A DNA stretch of 61,133 nucleotides, the filler included. It is 13 parts of 13 records of this genome, joined end to end, with 100 filler letters (N's around TTAATTAATTAA, not from the genome) between each part and the next. Parts side by side here need not be neighbours in the genome. Positions count along the whole stretch, not along the records: positions 32,415 to 35,970 come from SRR15195285_10430; positions 36,071 to 39,774 come from SRR15195285_10434; positions 39,875 to 44,614 come from SRR15195285_10440; 10 more parts are not named here. One strand, written 5' to 3'. Both the position numbers and the translations under genes were made by a program. Shown in pieces: positions 32,714 to 44,345 of the stretch. The notes beneath the pieces are model-generated. The model was given only the letters and a program-made list of their open reading frames with translations. It was not told where the DNA came from and did no database searches. The stretch's first letter is position 1; each line of letters opens with the position of its first letter.

Positions 32714-35700
32714 ATGGCTGCGCCGAGCTCGCTCAGCGAGGCGAGGCAGGTCATCGATGCGGCGGCGGCCCATGTTAACCAGCCTGACCAGGCCGCGCAG
32801 CTATTCAGCGTGTCGGAGACGTTGGCGTCGCTGCGGGACGGCATCGCGTTCGTGGACTCGGAGCTGCGTCGCGAGGTGAGCTCTGGGCGTGAAGACCTGC
32901 TGTCACAGGTCCGCGCGCTGCATGCGATGGAAGCCGACCTGACCGCCATCAAGGCGGGCGCGGGTCGGCTTGGGGAAATGGTCGCGCGTATCAACCAAGA
33001 TTTGGGGGCGCCGCAGCGCCAGATGCAAGCAGCGGTGAACCAGCTGCGACGGTTGCACGAGGCCAGCGAACTATTGCGCAGTGTGCAGCACTTTCTGTGG
33101 CTCTGCAAGCGCCTTAGCGGATACATGGATGCTCCTGGCGACATCGAAGGCACCGAGCTCGAAAAGGCTGCAGCGTGCGTATTCGAGCTGGAGGAACTGC
33201 GGGACTCCAAACGAGAAGAGCTGGCCGTGATACCTGTTGCGCAGGCAGAGATGGCGCGCGCTGACGCCATGGCAGCCAAGCTGCGAGCCCGTGCACAGTC
33301 CCTTCTGTTCCGAGCAGTGTCGCAGCGCAAGCAGACGCAGGCTGCAAATGCCCTGCAGGCATTCTTTAATCTCGGGCCGGCGGCACTGTCTCGTGCCGTC
33401 GAAGGCGTAGTCTCGCGCGCGACGCAGAAGGCTCACGAGGTTGTGAGCTCTGCTCTTGATCCGGCTGTGCTATCTGCTGAGATGAAGGCAGCAGCTTTAT
33501 CCGCGGAGGACAAAGGCAGCACGACTCGCGGTGGTACTGCGGCGGCGAGTCTCCAGGTGGTAAACATCGTCGGGGGAATGCTCGACAACGTCTTGCTCAG
33601 CTGTGCCGAATTGCTGCATGTGCAAGTCGTGCTTGACAAGAAGCGCGACCCGCTGTCTGGTCGGACGCTTGCGTATCACTTGAATCAGCTGACATCGTCA
33701 GCAACTAAAGATAGCGGAACAATTTTCGCCTCGTTTTGGGAACCACTGTCTGTGCTTCTTGGCGAGCGGCTAGGGCTTGTCTTCAGTGGCTCGCGCAGCG
33801 TTCGGCAAGTGTTTGTGAGCAGCTTCCCGCAGCACATAGGCCTCTTCAAAGGATTCCTAGCGCAACTGCAACAGCAGCACCAGACGCTTTCTACCGCAGC
33901 AGAAGACACAGCAGGAGCTAGTACCGCTGTGGGTCGACAGCTCTTGACCTCGGAGGCGCAAGCAACCTTCTTGAGCGGTCTGGCAAGTCTTCGCGGTGAA
34001 TTTAGGTCGTCGTTTTCTGCTCGCTGCGAAGACGCTGTTGCGGCGGCGTTTAGTGGTCAGCACGGTGTACCAACCAGCTCAGAGGTCGGAGCGCTCTGGT
34101 GCGTCCCGGTCCGCATTCGCCGTTGCTTTGTAATCGGGGGCCGTGCTCATACGTAGCACTCACACCTCTGCCGTTTGTCACGTGTCTACACTGTGCTCTG
34201 ATGGTTACAGTGCACTGCTCGAGGGCGAGCTGACGCAGGCGGGGGCCGATGCGACTCTGCTACAGCTTGCCGTGGACACAGCAGTGGAGACTGTGCAGCA
34301 GTTCTGTGGCAAGATAGCTCAGACAATGGGCAGCGGCGCAGAAGCATTCCAATTGAGCGGCCACGTGAATAATACCCAGATGCTGGACGTACACCGTTTT
34401 AACGCCATGTCGGCAATGCATTGGCACATTGGGAACACGATGCGGCAGGCGCTGGTTGCCGCGAGCAGAGTGCTTGCTGATCAGAGCCGTGCGTGTCTAC
34501 CTACCTGCTGTTTGCTTGCCACCAATGTGTCTGTTTCATGCCTGTGTTGATAATGTGGTGATGTGCATCGTTAGGTGGCTCCACGCCCCCCCCTGGCAGC
34601 ACGCTGTATGCGTTTAACTCAGTGGGCACCGGGCACGATGAAAATGACAGTGGGTCAAGTGGAGCGGAGCAGCTAGCGCTACTAGATCAGCTGGAGTCAG
34701 AGGTCAAGACAGCATGCTCGGAACTCGTGGCACCGTTATTCAGTAGTATGCGGATTGCGTTAGAGGCAAAAATCTTTGCCGTGCACAAGCAGAAATTTGG
34801 CGAGACAGCTCGAGGTGTGCTGGCATCGGAAATTCAAGGTATGACCACATGACCATGGTCGCTTGAAATCGGACTTGCTTTTGATGAATTGCGTTGTTGT
34901 GGCGTGCTGTGTCGTGTTCCGCGTGGCCGCAGGATCAGAGTACATGTCGGAGTTTGCCAAACAGGCAGGAATGATTGCAAAGCTACTCTCGCGATACGAC
35001 GCGGCGAATCCGATTATCATAGCGCATACAGTAGAGCTTGTTAATCGCCTCGTCACGTATGCAACACGGCACCTCTCGCTCGTGGGAACATACCGCTCGA
35101 TCCCGGAGGAGCATTTGCATTTGCTGGCAACTGATGTGGCGCAGTTCACGGTGAGCAAAACAGTGTCTTCTATTTTGTAACCGTAGAATTGACTGACTGA
35201 TGCGAACTCGTGACATGCGTGCTTCAGCTCGCCATAAGCGGATTGGCGTCGTTGAAGACCCAGGAGCTGACGAAAGCACGCCATGCGTGCTCTGCATTCA
35301 AGGAACTACTGTTTTATGACCACACGGTGCGTAGAGCTCGCACCGTGCAGTCATACATCACTTGGCATGGTCTCATTTCGGTGCTTGGTGCCGCAGCTTA
35401 TGGTTGCCAACGCAGCAAAACTCACAGCATTACCAATCGTCACTGTAGTCGACTTCGGCTTCACGCGTGCGCCACCTGATGTGGTAGGTGGCACTCTTTT
35501 CTTTTCTAGCCTACTCAGGACCCCAGCACTTTTGCTAGTGGGTGCTCGCGCTGTATGCAGCTGACTGCGACCTGACACGATCATTGTCCTCGGTATCACA
35601 GGTGCACCCGTATACAGTGAGGGGCGAAGACTTGGAAACCTACTCGCAGAAGCTTGATGAGCAATCGGACGAGGCACTGTGGACTGCGACCCAGGCTTAT

Positions 35701-35838
35701 CTACAGCGCCACGCAAAGGCAGTCGGGCGGAACCCAGAGCTCGCCAAGGGTTGCCGTGCGGTGCTCGATGTTGGGCTGGCGATCGAGGCGGCCAAAGCAT
35801 CAGTGGACACAGATGCCGGGGCAGGCAGCCAAACGTGA
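32714..35838 (+). CDS. COG5: Conserved oligomeric Golgi complex subunit 5, 7 exons
   Basis: DSELRREV..EDLLSQ, QLRRLHEASELLR..FLWLCKRL, ELEKAA, LHVQVVLDKKRDPLS; six GT-AG introns give a continuous frame to TGA 35838. Confidence 0.88.
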
Positions 35839-35888
35839 TAGTGATTACAAGTAGCGGTGTCTGAATTTGCAACCCGCCCGGGCACACA

Positions 35889-35970
35889 TCACCGTCTAGA
35901 CTTTTTGCTTTTCTTCTCCTTCTTGTGCTTTTTCTCCTTTTTGTGCTTCTTCTCCTTCTTGTGCTTCTTC
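35889..35970 (-). CDS. 3' end of a gene with a Lys-rich tail (KKHKKE)n
   Basis: 18-bp tandem repeat with synonymous variation, reads KKHKKEKKHKKEKKHKKEKKSKKSRR*; truncated by spacer. Confidence 0.6.
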
Positions 35971-36105
35971 NNNNNNNNNNNNNNNNNNNNNNNNNNNNNN
36001 NNNNNNNNNNNNNNTTAATTAATTAANNNNNNNNNNNNNNNNNNNNNNNNNNNNNNNNNNNNNNNNNNNNGCCGGTCCACTTTTCTGACTCGACTACACC
36101 GTACC

Positions 36106-38001
36106 ATGGGGCCGCGCCGCGCCGGCGGCGTGCCGGCCGCGTCCCTCGCTCGCGGCGGGGCACCTGGCGATCGTCGCAGCATGGAGTCGCTCTCCGCGGG
36201 CCTGCGTGGCCTGGGGTCGATGGTCGCACGGGCCACGACCGGCGGGGCTGGCAGCGGTGGCGACGCGACCCCTCGGCCGTTCGCGCTCGGGCCGCCGGGC
36301 ATGGTAGCGGCAGAGTGGACGGATGGTGGGCTGCAGCTCTGGTTGATCGGAGCGGATGGGACAGTCGAGGCCAGCCACAGCGCCGTTGGCGTGGGAGTCC
36401 GTGACCTGGAACAAGGTCAGCATTTTGAGAGCGTGTTTGAGCAGCAGGTGCGAATCCTGGAGCAGCAGGGCAGCGCCGCCGGCAGGAGCGACAGCCACGT
36501 TGGTGGTGCCGGCCTGCGGCCTGCGCTGGTCTGTGGCGCAGCTGGGGGTCGTGGTGGCTGGTGCGAGACGCCCTGCGTCGGCCTGCCCGCAGGAGTGAAG
36601 CAGCTGGCGTCGGCTGCGATGCGGGTACCGACGGCGTCCGGCCGTGTCATTTTCATGGTACCAGGCTGCGAGATGCGAGCTGGTGATCGCGTGGCAGCAG
36701 CCCTGGCAGAGGAGTCCAGCGATATTGCTGCGAGTACTGGCAACAGCACAGCCAGGTCACCGCAGCGTCTTGATATCCTGCGCGGGCAGGAGACTTTAGT
36801 GATGGGGACGCTGATCACGGCAGTGCTGCACCAGCAACCAGGTACTGTCTTCCGCCCAGAAAAGTTGTTTTGCCTGCTGATCGATGAGCCTGTATCTGGT
36901 GCCCAGTCCGACTCCAACCCGTCAGCGCAGCACGGAGCACCGTCGAGGCGGGCGACACAGAGCGCCTGGATCAGCACGAAAGATGGCGCAATCAACTGGT
37001 TCCGTAGCTATCGTACAGGGATGGCTTGCGATGCTCTGGCGTCTGTTGCAAGGTACGTTCTGAACCGAGCAAGTGCTGACACAAGCCACCGTATGCTGCC
37101 GCCAATGACGTCGTTTGATTGCTGCGCATTGCGAGTTTAGTAGCCCTGTGCTTACTTATGTTGTGCTTGCAGAACGGCGTGCGCCACCGCGTCCACAGGA
37201 TCTGCTGCCGAGCCTAATGCTGCCTCCGCAGTGGAGCAAGGCCTGGCAGAGGGGCTGGCCGCACAAGAGAGCCTGCTACACCAGGTGAGGTCGGGTGTTC
37301 ACACTGCGTATGACCCCACATGGACGACTATTTTGAAGCTCATTCGCGTTCATACTAACCGCTGATTTGCTGCTCTGTTGTATGTCGCCTCTACCGCTGC
37401 CGTTGCTGCTATCGTTTTTCGCGATGTTGCCTTGGTGAACGGCCAGCTGGTGTATCTGTCTACAGCGCCATTAGTAGGAGAGCTGTCCGGGGCTGACGGC
37501 CCGCCTTACCTAGCAGGCTTGCTCGTTGGGCACGAGGTACAGGACGCTATCAATGTTTACCGCCGACATCAGCTTTCCGGTAGGGCAGGCGAGTTGGCGG
37601 CAGATGTGGAGGGCTCAAGGCAGGCACGACTAGCTGCCCTCGGTTCCGAAGCTGGTGCTGAACCCAAGCCCCCAGTTGTAGATGCTAACGGCGAAACCTC
37701 CACGCCCTCGCCCATGGCACCGCCACTTGTGACATTTTGTGGGGCACAAGATCCAAATGTTGGTCTGCTACCGCTGTACAGCCTCGCGCTAGAGCGCTAC
37801 GGTTGCGACATCGAGAAGGAAGACCAAGCACAAACAAGCGAGAGACAGGGTGCAGCGAGAGCGATACCAGCGGGGCTCTTTGCGATAGGGAACTCGTTGA
37901 GCGCGCTAGAAAAGCAGCGTGAGGCAGAGAGACGAGCCGCTGCGGCAGTTGAGGCCCAGGCTAGCGGGGCTACGACAAAAACGGGTGTAGGCTCGCGGTA
38001 A
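36106..38001 (+). CDS. 2-dehydro-3-deoxygalactonokinase (DgoK)-like protein, divergent, 3 exons
   Basis: LWLIGADG, GGRGGWCETPC, MVPG, DILRGQET, FRSYRTG, LLHQL, YLAGLLVGHE, LYSLAL follow the DgoK motif order; two GT-AG introns (VAR|TAC, LLHQ|LVY). Confidence 0.75.
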
Positions 38002-38135
38002 CGGGGTAGTAAACGACTGCCTGACCATTTTTTACGGGACAAGCCCTGTCCTAGTACCCTTAGTGTACATAATTATCGACGTGCTTCGAGCGCCGTCACG
38101 CACAGCACGCCTAACCATTTGCAGCTCCGCTTCAA

Positions 38136-39506
38136 TTACCCAATGGTACTTCCCGACCGCTCCCGTCGCGCCTCCTGCGACCGCTGCAGCCGTTGTTGCA
38201 GGTCAATCTTGATGCCACTCACCTTTTCGCCTCGTTTTTTCAGCTCCTGTTTCAGCTGCTTCAAGTCCATGCGGACAATATCCACGCTGATCATCCGGCT
38301 AGACTGTGCAGCCGCAGCTGCCGAGAGCGTTGAACCTGCACGCTCCACAACTGCCGGGAGCGTTGACGCCCCGTCAACACCAATGTCATCATCGTCGTCC
38401 GTATCAATGAGTGATATCTCTGGGTCTGCCCGCTGCCGCTTTGCTGCTGCATCCTTGGCTTCTGCAGATGGTGTGTCAATGAGTGAAAGTGTCTCTGGGG
38501 TTTCTCGCTGCCGCTTCGGTGCCACTGCAGCCTTGTTGGCGTCCACAGGCGGCGTGACCTTTACCAGCTGATGAGAACTATACCACCAGACTTTTCGTGT
38601 CTCTCCGATCACTACAATAACTTGAAACGGCTCGTCATCATCGTCGTCCTCGAACTGCACTCGCCTTATTGTGCCGATACGACCTCGGATCAGCGGCCCG
38701 GTGTCTTCGGCTGGAACGCCTTCAGCCAGTCGGACGGCATCACCTGCAACAAGGTGCGTAGCTCTGGCATCCTCATCCGCCAACTGCTCTTCCTCCCATC
38801 CTTCGTTCCAGGCGTGCTCTTCCTCGTCAGAACTCAGCAGCGAAACTCGCGCTCGAACATCTGGCTGAGCTTCGGCTAGCTCAAGGCTCTGCCGAATAGC
38901 TTCTTTCAGCTGCAGATCCTCATCGAGCAGGTTGTCGCTGGCAACAGCGATAGTGACACTGGCAGGCTGTTGCCGTCGCTCGGCCGCGAGCAGAGCCGCC
39001 TCCCGAGGATTTATGATCGTCGTTTGGCCAGCACCCCCCAGTCGGTGCCCAGCGTCGCTGGGAAGTCTTGGGCTTGAACTCGGCTCGCGCTTGGCACCGC
39101 TTCCTTGATCATCAATCCACTGGTGGACTGGAGCTCGTGCACCGGAGCCGCCGGCCGCGACGGGTGGGAAGTCTATCGAGTAGTCTTTTGGGTCCACCTG
39201 TCCGCCCTCGTCAAAGCACGCCTGAAGCCACGCTTCCGACACGATCGGGATGCCGCGCCCGCGCGCATCCGAGACCTTACGCGTTGGCTTGCTGACCTCC
39301 TCCCGCGTCGCAATCAGCGTGGTGCAGCGCTGCTGCACGTCGCTGCAAAACTTGCCCCCCTCGGCCAGTACCTCTGCGCGGATCTCCTTCCGCGTGCCTC
39401 GTGACTGCTTCCCCGTGACGCAGATGTGCAGCCCCTGCAGTATGCTTCCCGGACCACCTGATGCACCGCCGCCGAACGCCCCAAAGTCGCCGCCGCCCCA
39501 GGACAT
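38136..39506 (-). CDS. BRCT-SHP-VIM-UIM-SIM-SAP multi-motif nuclear protein
   Basis: BRCT LQGLHICVTGK..GGKF..CTTLI..IPIVSEAWLQAC; GHRLGG; REAALLAAERR; EDLQLKEAIRQSL; two SLIDT repeats; SAP LKQLKQELKKRGEKVSGIKIDLQQRL. Confidence 0.85.
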   Translation of the reverse strand: MSWGGGDFGAFGGGASGGPGSILQGLHICVTGKQSRGTRKEIRAEVLAEGGKFCSDVQQRCTTLIATREEVSKPTRKVSDARGRGIPIVSEAWLQACFDEGGQVDPKDYSIDFPPVAAGGSGARAPVHQWIDDQGSGAKREPSSSPRLPSDAGHRLGGAGQTTIINPREAALLAAERRQQPASVTIAVASDNLLDEDLQLKEAIRQSLELAEAQPDVRARVSLLSSDEEEHAWNEGWEEEQLADEDARATHLVAGDAVRLAEGVPAEDTGPLIRGRIGTIRRVQFEDDDDDEPFQVIVVIGETRKVWWYSSHQLVKVTPPVDANKAAVAPKRQRETPETLSLIDTPSAEAKDAAAKRQRADPEISLIDTDDDDDIGVDGASTLPAVVERAGSTLSAAAAAQSSRMISVDIVRMDLKQLKQELKKRGEKVSGIKIDLQQRLQRSQEARRERSGSTIG

Positions 39507-39874
39507 CAACTCCCCTTGGCCAACGAAGGAGGGGCGCCAGCTCACCGTTTCACACACGTGACAGCCCGCCGCCTTTCGATCCTGCCACGATTTCGCAACC
39601 CGTGAGCTGTAGCTACAGGCCAGTATCTAGGGCTTCCTGAGCACAACTGGTATCCGTCCCCTTGCGTGCGCGTCGGTGTCAAGCCAGATTCTGAGTGCTG
39701 TCACGCTCTCTTTGAAATCTCGCCACGCTGTAGCGGGTAAGTACAACGTGATTTGATCGGTCCTGGGGCAATTTNNNNNNNNNNNNNNNNNNNNNNNNNN
39801 NNNNNNNNNNNNNNNNNNTTAATTAATTAANNNNNNNNNNNNNNNNNNNNNNNNNNNNNNNNNNNNNNNNNNNN

Positions 39875-42479
39875 AGCAGCAGCAGCAGCAGCAGCAGCAG
39901 ACACACCGGCACCGACGGATCTACTCGTACCTGCAGCCCCGACTGTGCACACTGGGCCGAGCACGGGATTGACAGGAGGACTTGTTGGCGGTGAGGCGAA
40001 GAAGTCGGACACGGCAGCGCTGCCTGTGCCTGTAGCTGCCCCTGCACACGCTACCCCGAGCACAGGAGAGGTTGGTTGTAACGATACGGCGGAGAGCAAG
40101 CGCGAGAGCAACTCTCGTGAGTCGGCGCCGGGCTCGCGGCCCAGCAGCCCGGTGGTGTGGGAGCGTCAAGTTCGCCACGAGAACAGTGCTGTTGGGGCTG
40201 TGCTTTCTACAGCCGCGCCTAAGGACACGGCGGGAAAGAGATCTGCGCAGGGGATCAGGACCAACAGCAACGGCTTTCGGATGCACGTGATGCAGGACAG
40301 CACCAACACTCTCGCTGCCGCGAAACATTCCTCCACAACGTCCAAGGCCAGCGCGACGACCACGCACCCACTCACGCGCGACCTAGTCGAACAGACGCTT
40401 TTATCTCTGCCCTTCCTCGCACGGTGTGACTGGCAGACTGTAGGTGTGCTGGCCTGCGTGTGTAAGGGCTGGGCAAGCACACTGTTTGGTGAGGAGCAGT
40501 CAGAGCTTACCTGGGAAGCAGTCTGCCAGAACATTGGGGCGAGCGAGCTGCTGTACGTCCCACCATGCTACGGCAAGAGCTGGAAGACTCTATTCTTCGA
40601 TATGCTGTACAGCGCTCGTACAATGTGGCATCTCGCCGATGAAAGCGAGGTGGCGGCTTCGTCGTCCGAAACCAAGTCATACCAGATTCAGGTGTTCGCT
40701 CGGTTCCGGCCCGGCGATGACGGCGATGACAACGACAAGTTGGTGCTGCCACTTCGCCAACGACTCAAGCTGCGCCGTAAGGGCGACAAGATTGGATCAG
40801 AATCATTTGGTCTCCCCGTAAAGACAGTTCGGGCACTCCTTGAGAGTGGTGTGCTCCAGACTGGGACCGATCTACCACCAGAGATCTTCGCAGCACTGGC
40901 AGAGGCAGCAGACCTTGATAGAGCCGCAGACGGAGCATGGAAAGCATCGCTAAGTCAGGACGCCGTGAGTGCCGAGGAAGAGGATGAGCTGGATGGACTT
41001 GATCCAATGGCGGCGCAGGCGGTAGAGGAAGAAGCAGCAGCAGGTGCCGCGGCAGGTCACGGCATCCCAGCCAACATTACGGACGACGAATTCAGCACTA
41101 ACGCCCAGGAGACTACGTCAGAGCAACCAGAGCTCGGTCACAGGCGTGCGCATGTGGCCGTACAACGACGGCACGGCAATGCACGACTGTTGACTGTCAA
41201 GCCTGCTGAAGTTGTGATGTTCATCCCCGGGCAGGGATTCCGACCGTTCAACTTCCACCACTGCTTCGGCAAGGCCTCAGAACAGGCGCAAGTCTATGAA
41301 CAGTCTGCGAGAGATGCTGTTGCATCGGTGTTGAATGGTTTCAACGCCAGCCTGCTGTGCTACGGTCAGACAGGCAGCGGCAAGACCCACACGATTTTCG
41401 GTCCGGATAAATTGCTGAAGGGGATGATGGATGGTGACAGCAGGCTACTGGAGCACAAGGATGCAGGTGTCGTTCTACGTGCTATCGCTGAACTCATTGA
41501 ATACGGTGTGTCACGGAAAGAGCAGCAAGAAGGCAGTGGTGACCATGTTGTGCTCTCTCTTTCGGCCTCATACGTAGAGATCTACCAGGAGACAGTCACC
41601 GATCTCCTCTCAGGCGCAGTTGTGCTAGTCCGCGACGGTATGCTGGTCGGTGCTAAGACGGTTCCACTGCAGACGCTGGGCGACGGATTGGAGATGCTGA
41701 GGGAAGGAGATGCCAGAAAGTCTCGTGCTGCGACTAATATGAACGAGCGCTCAAGTCGTGCGCACACGATGGTGGTGGTCAAAGTCATCCAAACGCGTCC
41801 TCAACTTGATGCCGTTGTCGAGTCCCAGCTCGCCCTGGTCGATTTGGCCGGCTGCGAACAGCTTAAACAAAGCGGTGCCGAGGGGCAGCGCAAGCTTGAG
41901 GCTGTCGGCATCAACTCCTCGCTCATGGTGCTGCGGAAATGCATCACTGCATTAGTCGAGGGCAAACAACACGTGCCCTTCTACGAATCCAAGCTCACAC
42001 AACTTCTGCGACCAGCTTTCTCTGGCAACTCGCGCACAACAGCCGTTGTGTGCGCTGCCCCAGAGCCTAGCAACGCCGAGCAGACATTAGCGGCGCTTCG
42101 CTTTGGCGAGGACTGTGCAATGATTTCGACGACAGCGTTAGTAGCTGGCGTGACAAGCGCCAAGCAGGCGCTCGAGACTATCAATGCCGCGGTTGCAAGG
42201 TGCGAAGCTGACCTTGAGTCATTGAACAAGCGGGGCAAGTCCCATCTTCCAGCATACAAAAAACTGAGTGAGCGGTTCACTAGGCTCAAGGCTAAGAGGA
42301 GTGAGCTGGAAGCGCTGGAGCAGCAGGTCGTAGCGGAAACCAAAGGAGCAGCAGCAAAGGCTCGCCGCAAGGCAGCCCTCGACGGCGTGCGTGACGCGAG
42401 TGAGCAGGACAACAAGGCAGTAGCTGCGGCGCTGGTGGCCAAGCAGCAGTCGGGCGGTGGGCTGTTCATACCATTTTGA
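39875..42479 (+). CDS. Kinesin motor protein with upstream F-box-like module (5' truncated)
   Basis: IQVFARFRP, GQTGSGKT, YVEIYQE, NERSSRAH, LVDLAGCE, HVPFYESKLTQLL; F-box-like LTRDLVEQTL..LACVCKGW..LTWEAVC; frame open to the spacer via a (GCA)n tract. Confidence 0.92.
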
Positions 42480-43208
42480 TGGCTCATGCCGCTCGCGATC
42501 AAGGCTCAGGCGCCAGTAATCAGTGCTGCTGTCGATGATTTGCTGTACAGGACATTAACGTCACAACAACATTTGTAAATCTGCCCCAGGGCACACTAGC
42601 ATTCATGCAAGACTAAGCCAGTAGCAGGAACCGCCACTCCCTACAAAGTTGAGTCGGCGTAGGCAGCAAACTCGGAACCGAACCATAATACCAGACACAT
42701 AGTCATGCATGACTTGTCACGAACCATCGAATAGATTCTCCTGCAGGTGATCAACACGCAGCAAACTTCTCGACGCCGCCAGCTCTGTGGCGTCGAGGCC
42801 AGTTTGCTTGTGTTGGAGGTGTTTCTCTGACTGAGCTGTCCATTTTGCACTCTACATACGCGATCATCGAAGGGGCGCTTTTCCGACAACGCCTTTACAT
42901 GCAAACGCGTTGTCGGAAATGCAAAAGCGTTGTCGCAAATGCGTTGTATGATTGTGACGGCACCTCTCTCGGCAGCGATTCGCTCGATCGTGGGTCGACG
43001 AAGGACGAAGCCCCTACTGGTACGGTAAGCCTCATGAAGAGCGTGCAATTTCTTCTGTGAGGAAAGCTGGACCTGGAGCTACTCAAGACGTCACTACGTG
43101 TAGAGCATTACAGGAGAAGCTTTGATTGTTTCAAAATAATGGAGAGGCTGTCACTTGCATTGTCTTAGTACTTTCCATCGTCAGCTATGTACATAGGATA
43201 AGACGATA

Positions 43209-44345
43209 CTATGTCGTACGATTGGTAATTGTGCTGCGATTGGTCGCCGTATCGAAAGTGACACTGACGTGCTCGAAGCGCCTCTTCCAAATCCCAGTCG
43301 CAGAGTCGTAGGTGGCCTCCCCCTGCGGATCACCGATCGGCACGTCGTAGAATGGCATCCACGCTGGGGCTTCCCAAAACCCACCGTAGCCAAAGAAACA
43401 GTTGTCTCCAGCAGCAATCAGGAAGGCCCCGACGAGATCTGTGAAGTTTTTGTTGTCGCCATGCGCACGGACCAACTTGGCATGCTTCCGCAAGAAGATC
43501 ATGTCATTAATGCTCTCGTTTGTGTTGCGGAACCACTCGATATTCTGTGCATGAGTGTAGCTTTCTGGGCCGATCGGAGGCAGCTTGCGGTTATCGATGC
43601 ACGAGTGGCAGTTCATGATCACGGGGCCATCGCCTGCGGCCGCCTGCATCGCGCGTAGAGCTCCAATTTTCTGCTTCGTGTAGTCTGGCAGACTAATGAA
43701 GTCTCCCGGCGGAGTTCCCCTGCCCCAATTGTCAGTCTGCCACACGGGATCGCTTCGGTCTACAAAGCAACCATCGACAGACCCAGTGGCGACGGCACGG
43801 GAGCACGTGGCTGCAAATTCCTCCGCCATCGACTGGTTCGCAAAGTTGAATGTCTCTCGGCTAGTGAGCTTGACCAAACTGCTGTTTTGATACCGCAGCG
43901 CCCAGTCCGGCAGCGTGGCAGGGTCCTCGTGGTGCAGCATCGTCTCATGCAGCTGATACCACTCAAAATCGATTGCGGCGTTCATGTAGAAGATGCACGA
44001 CAGCTTGGGGGCGCGCTGCTTGATGACCTCGCACTGGCGTATCATGCGCTGCTCCTGGGTGAGCGTTGCGCACGGCTCGCCCGTGGGTGGCGCATACGGT
44101 TCGCTGGACAGCGCCCCCTGGCAGTGCCACTTCTCGATGACGACCATTGGGTACTTGGCTAGGATCGACAACGCCGTCTCGTTCCACATCCCAGAACGGT
44201 TGGAAGAGTGCAAGTACACCGGCAGCGTCCTCCACGAGTGGACCGGTGCGAGGCCACCCGCTGCGGCAGCGGAACATCCGTCTGGCCAGAGAACCGCCAC
44301 AGCGGTGAGGGTAGCAGCGACACCGGCGGCGATGTGCGACCGCAT
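43209..44345 (-). CDS. Secreted putative glycoside hydrolase (GHL15-like TIM barrel)
   Basis: Signal peptide; SWRTLPVYLH, KYPMVVIEK, IFYMN, VDGCFVD, GAFLIAAG..FFGY, IGDPQGEA..WKRRF pattern. Confidence 0.65.
   Translation of the reverse strand: MRSHIAAGVAATLTAVAVLWPDGCSAAAAGGLAPVHSWRTLPVYLHSSNRSGMWNETALSILAKYPMVVIEKWHCQGALSSEPYAPPTGEPCATLTQEQRMIRQCEVIKQRAPKLSCIFYMNAAIDFEWYQLHETMLHHEDPATLPDWALRYQNSSLVKLTSRETFNFANQSMAEEFAATCSRAVATGSVDGCFVDRSDPVWQTDNWGRGTPPGDFISLPDYTKQKIGALRAMQAAAGDGPVIMNCHSCIDNRKLPPIGPESYTHAQNIEWFRNTNESINDMIFLRKHAKLVRAHGDNKNFTDLVGAFLIAAGDNCFFGYGGFWEAPAWMPFYDVPIGDPQGEATYDSATGIWKRRFEHVSVTFDTATNRSTITNRTT

Noticed and set aside
42641-43086. Standalone ORFs between the kinesin and the glycoside hydrolase
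   Set aside because: Non-ATG or short frames with no motifs, overlapping a local repeat; probably UTR or intergenic.
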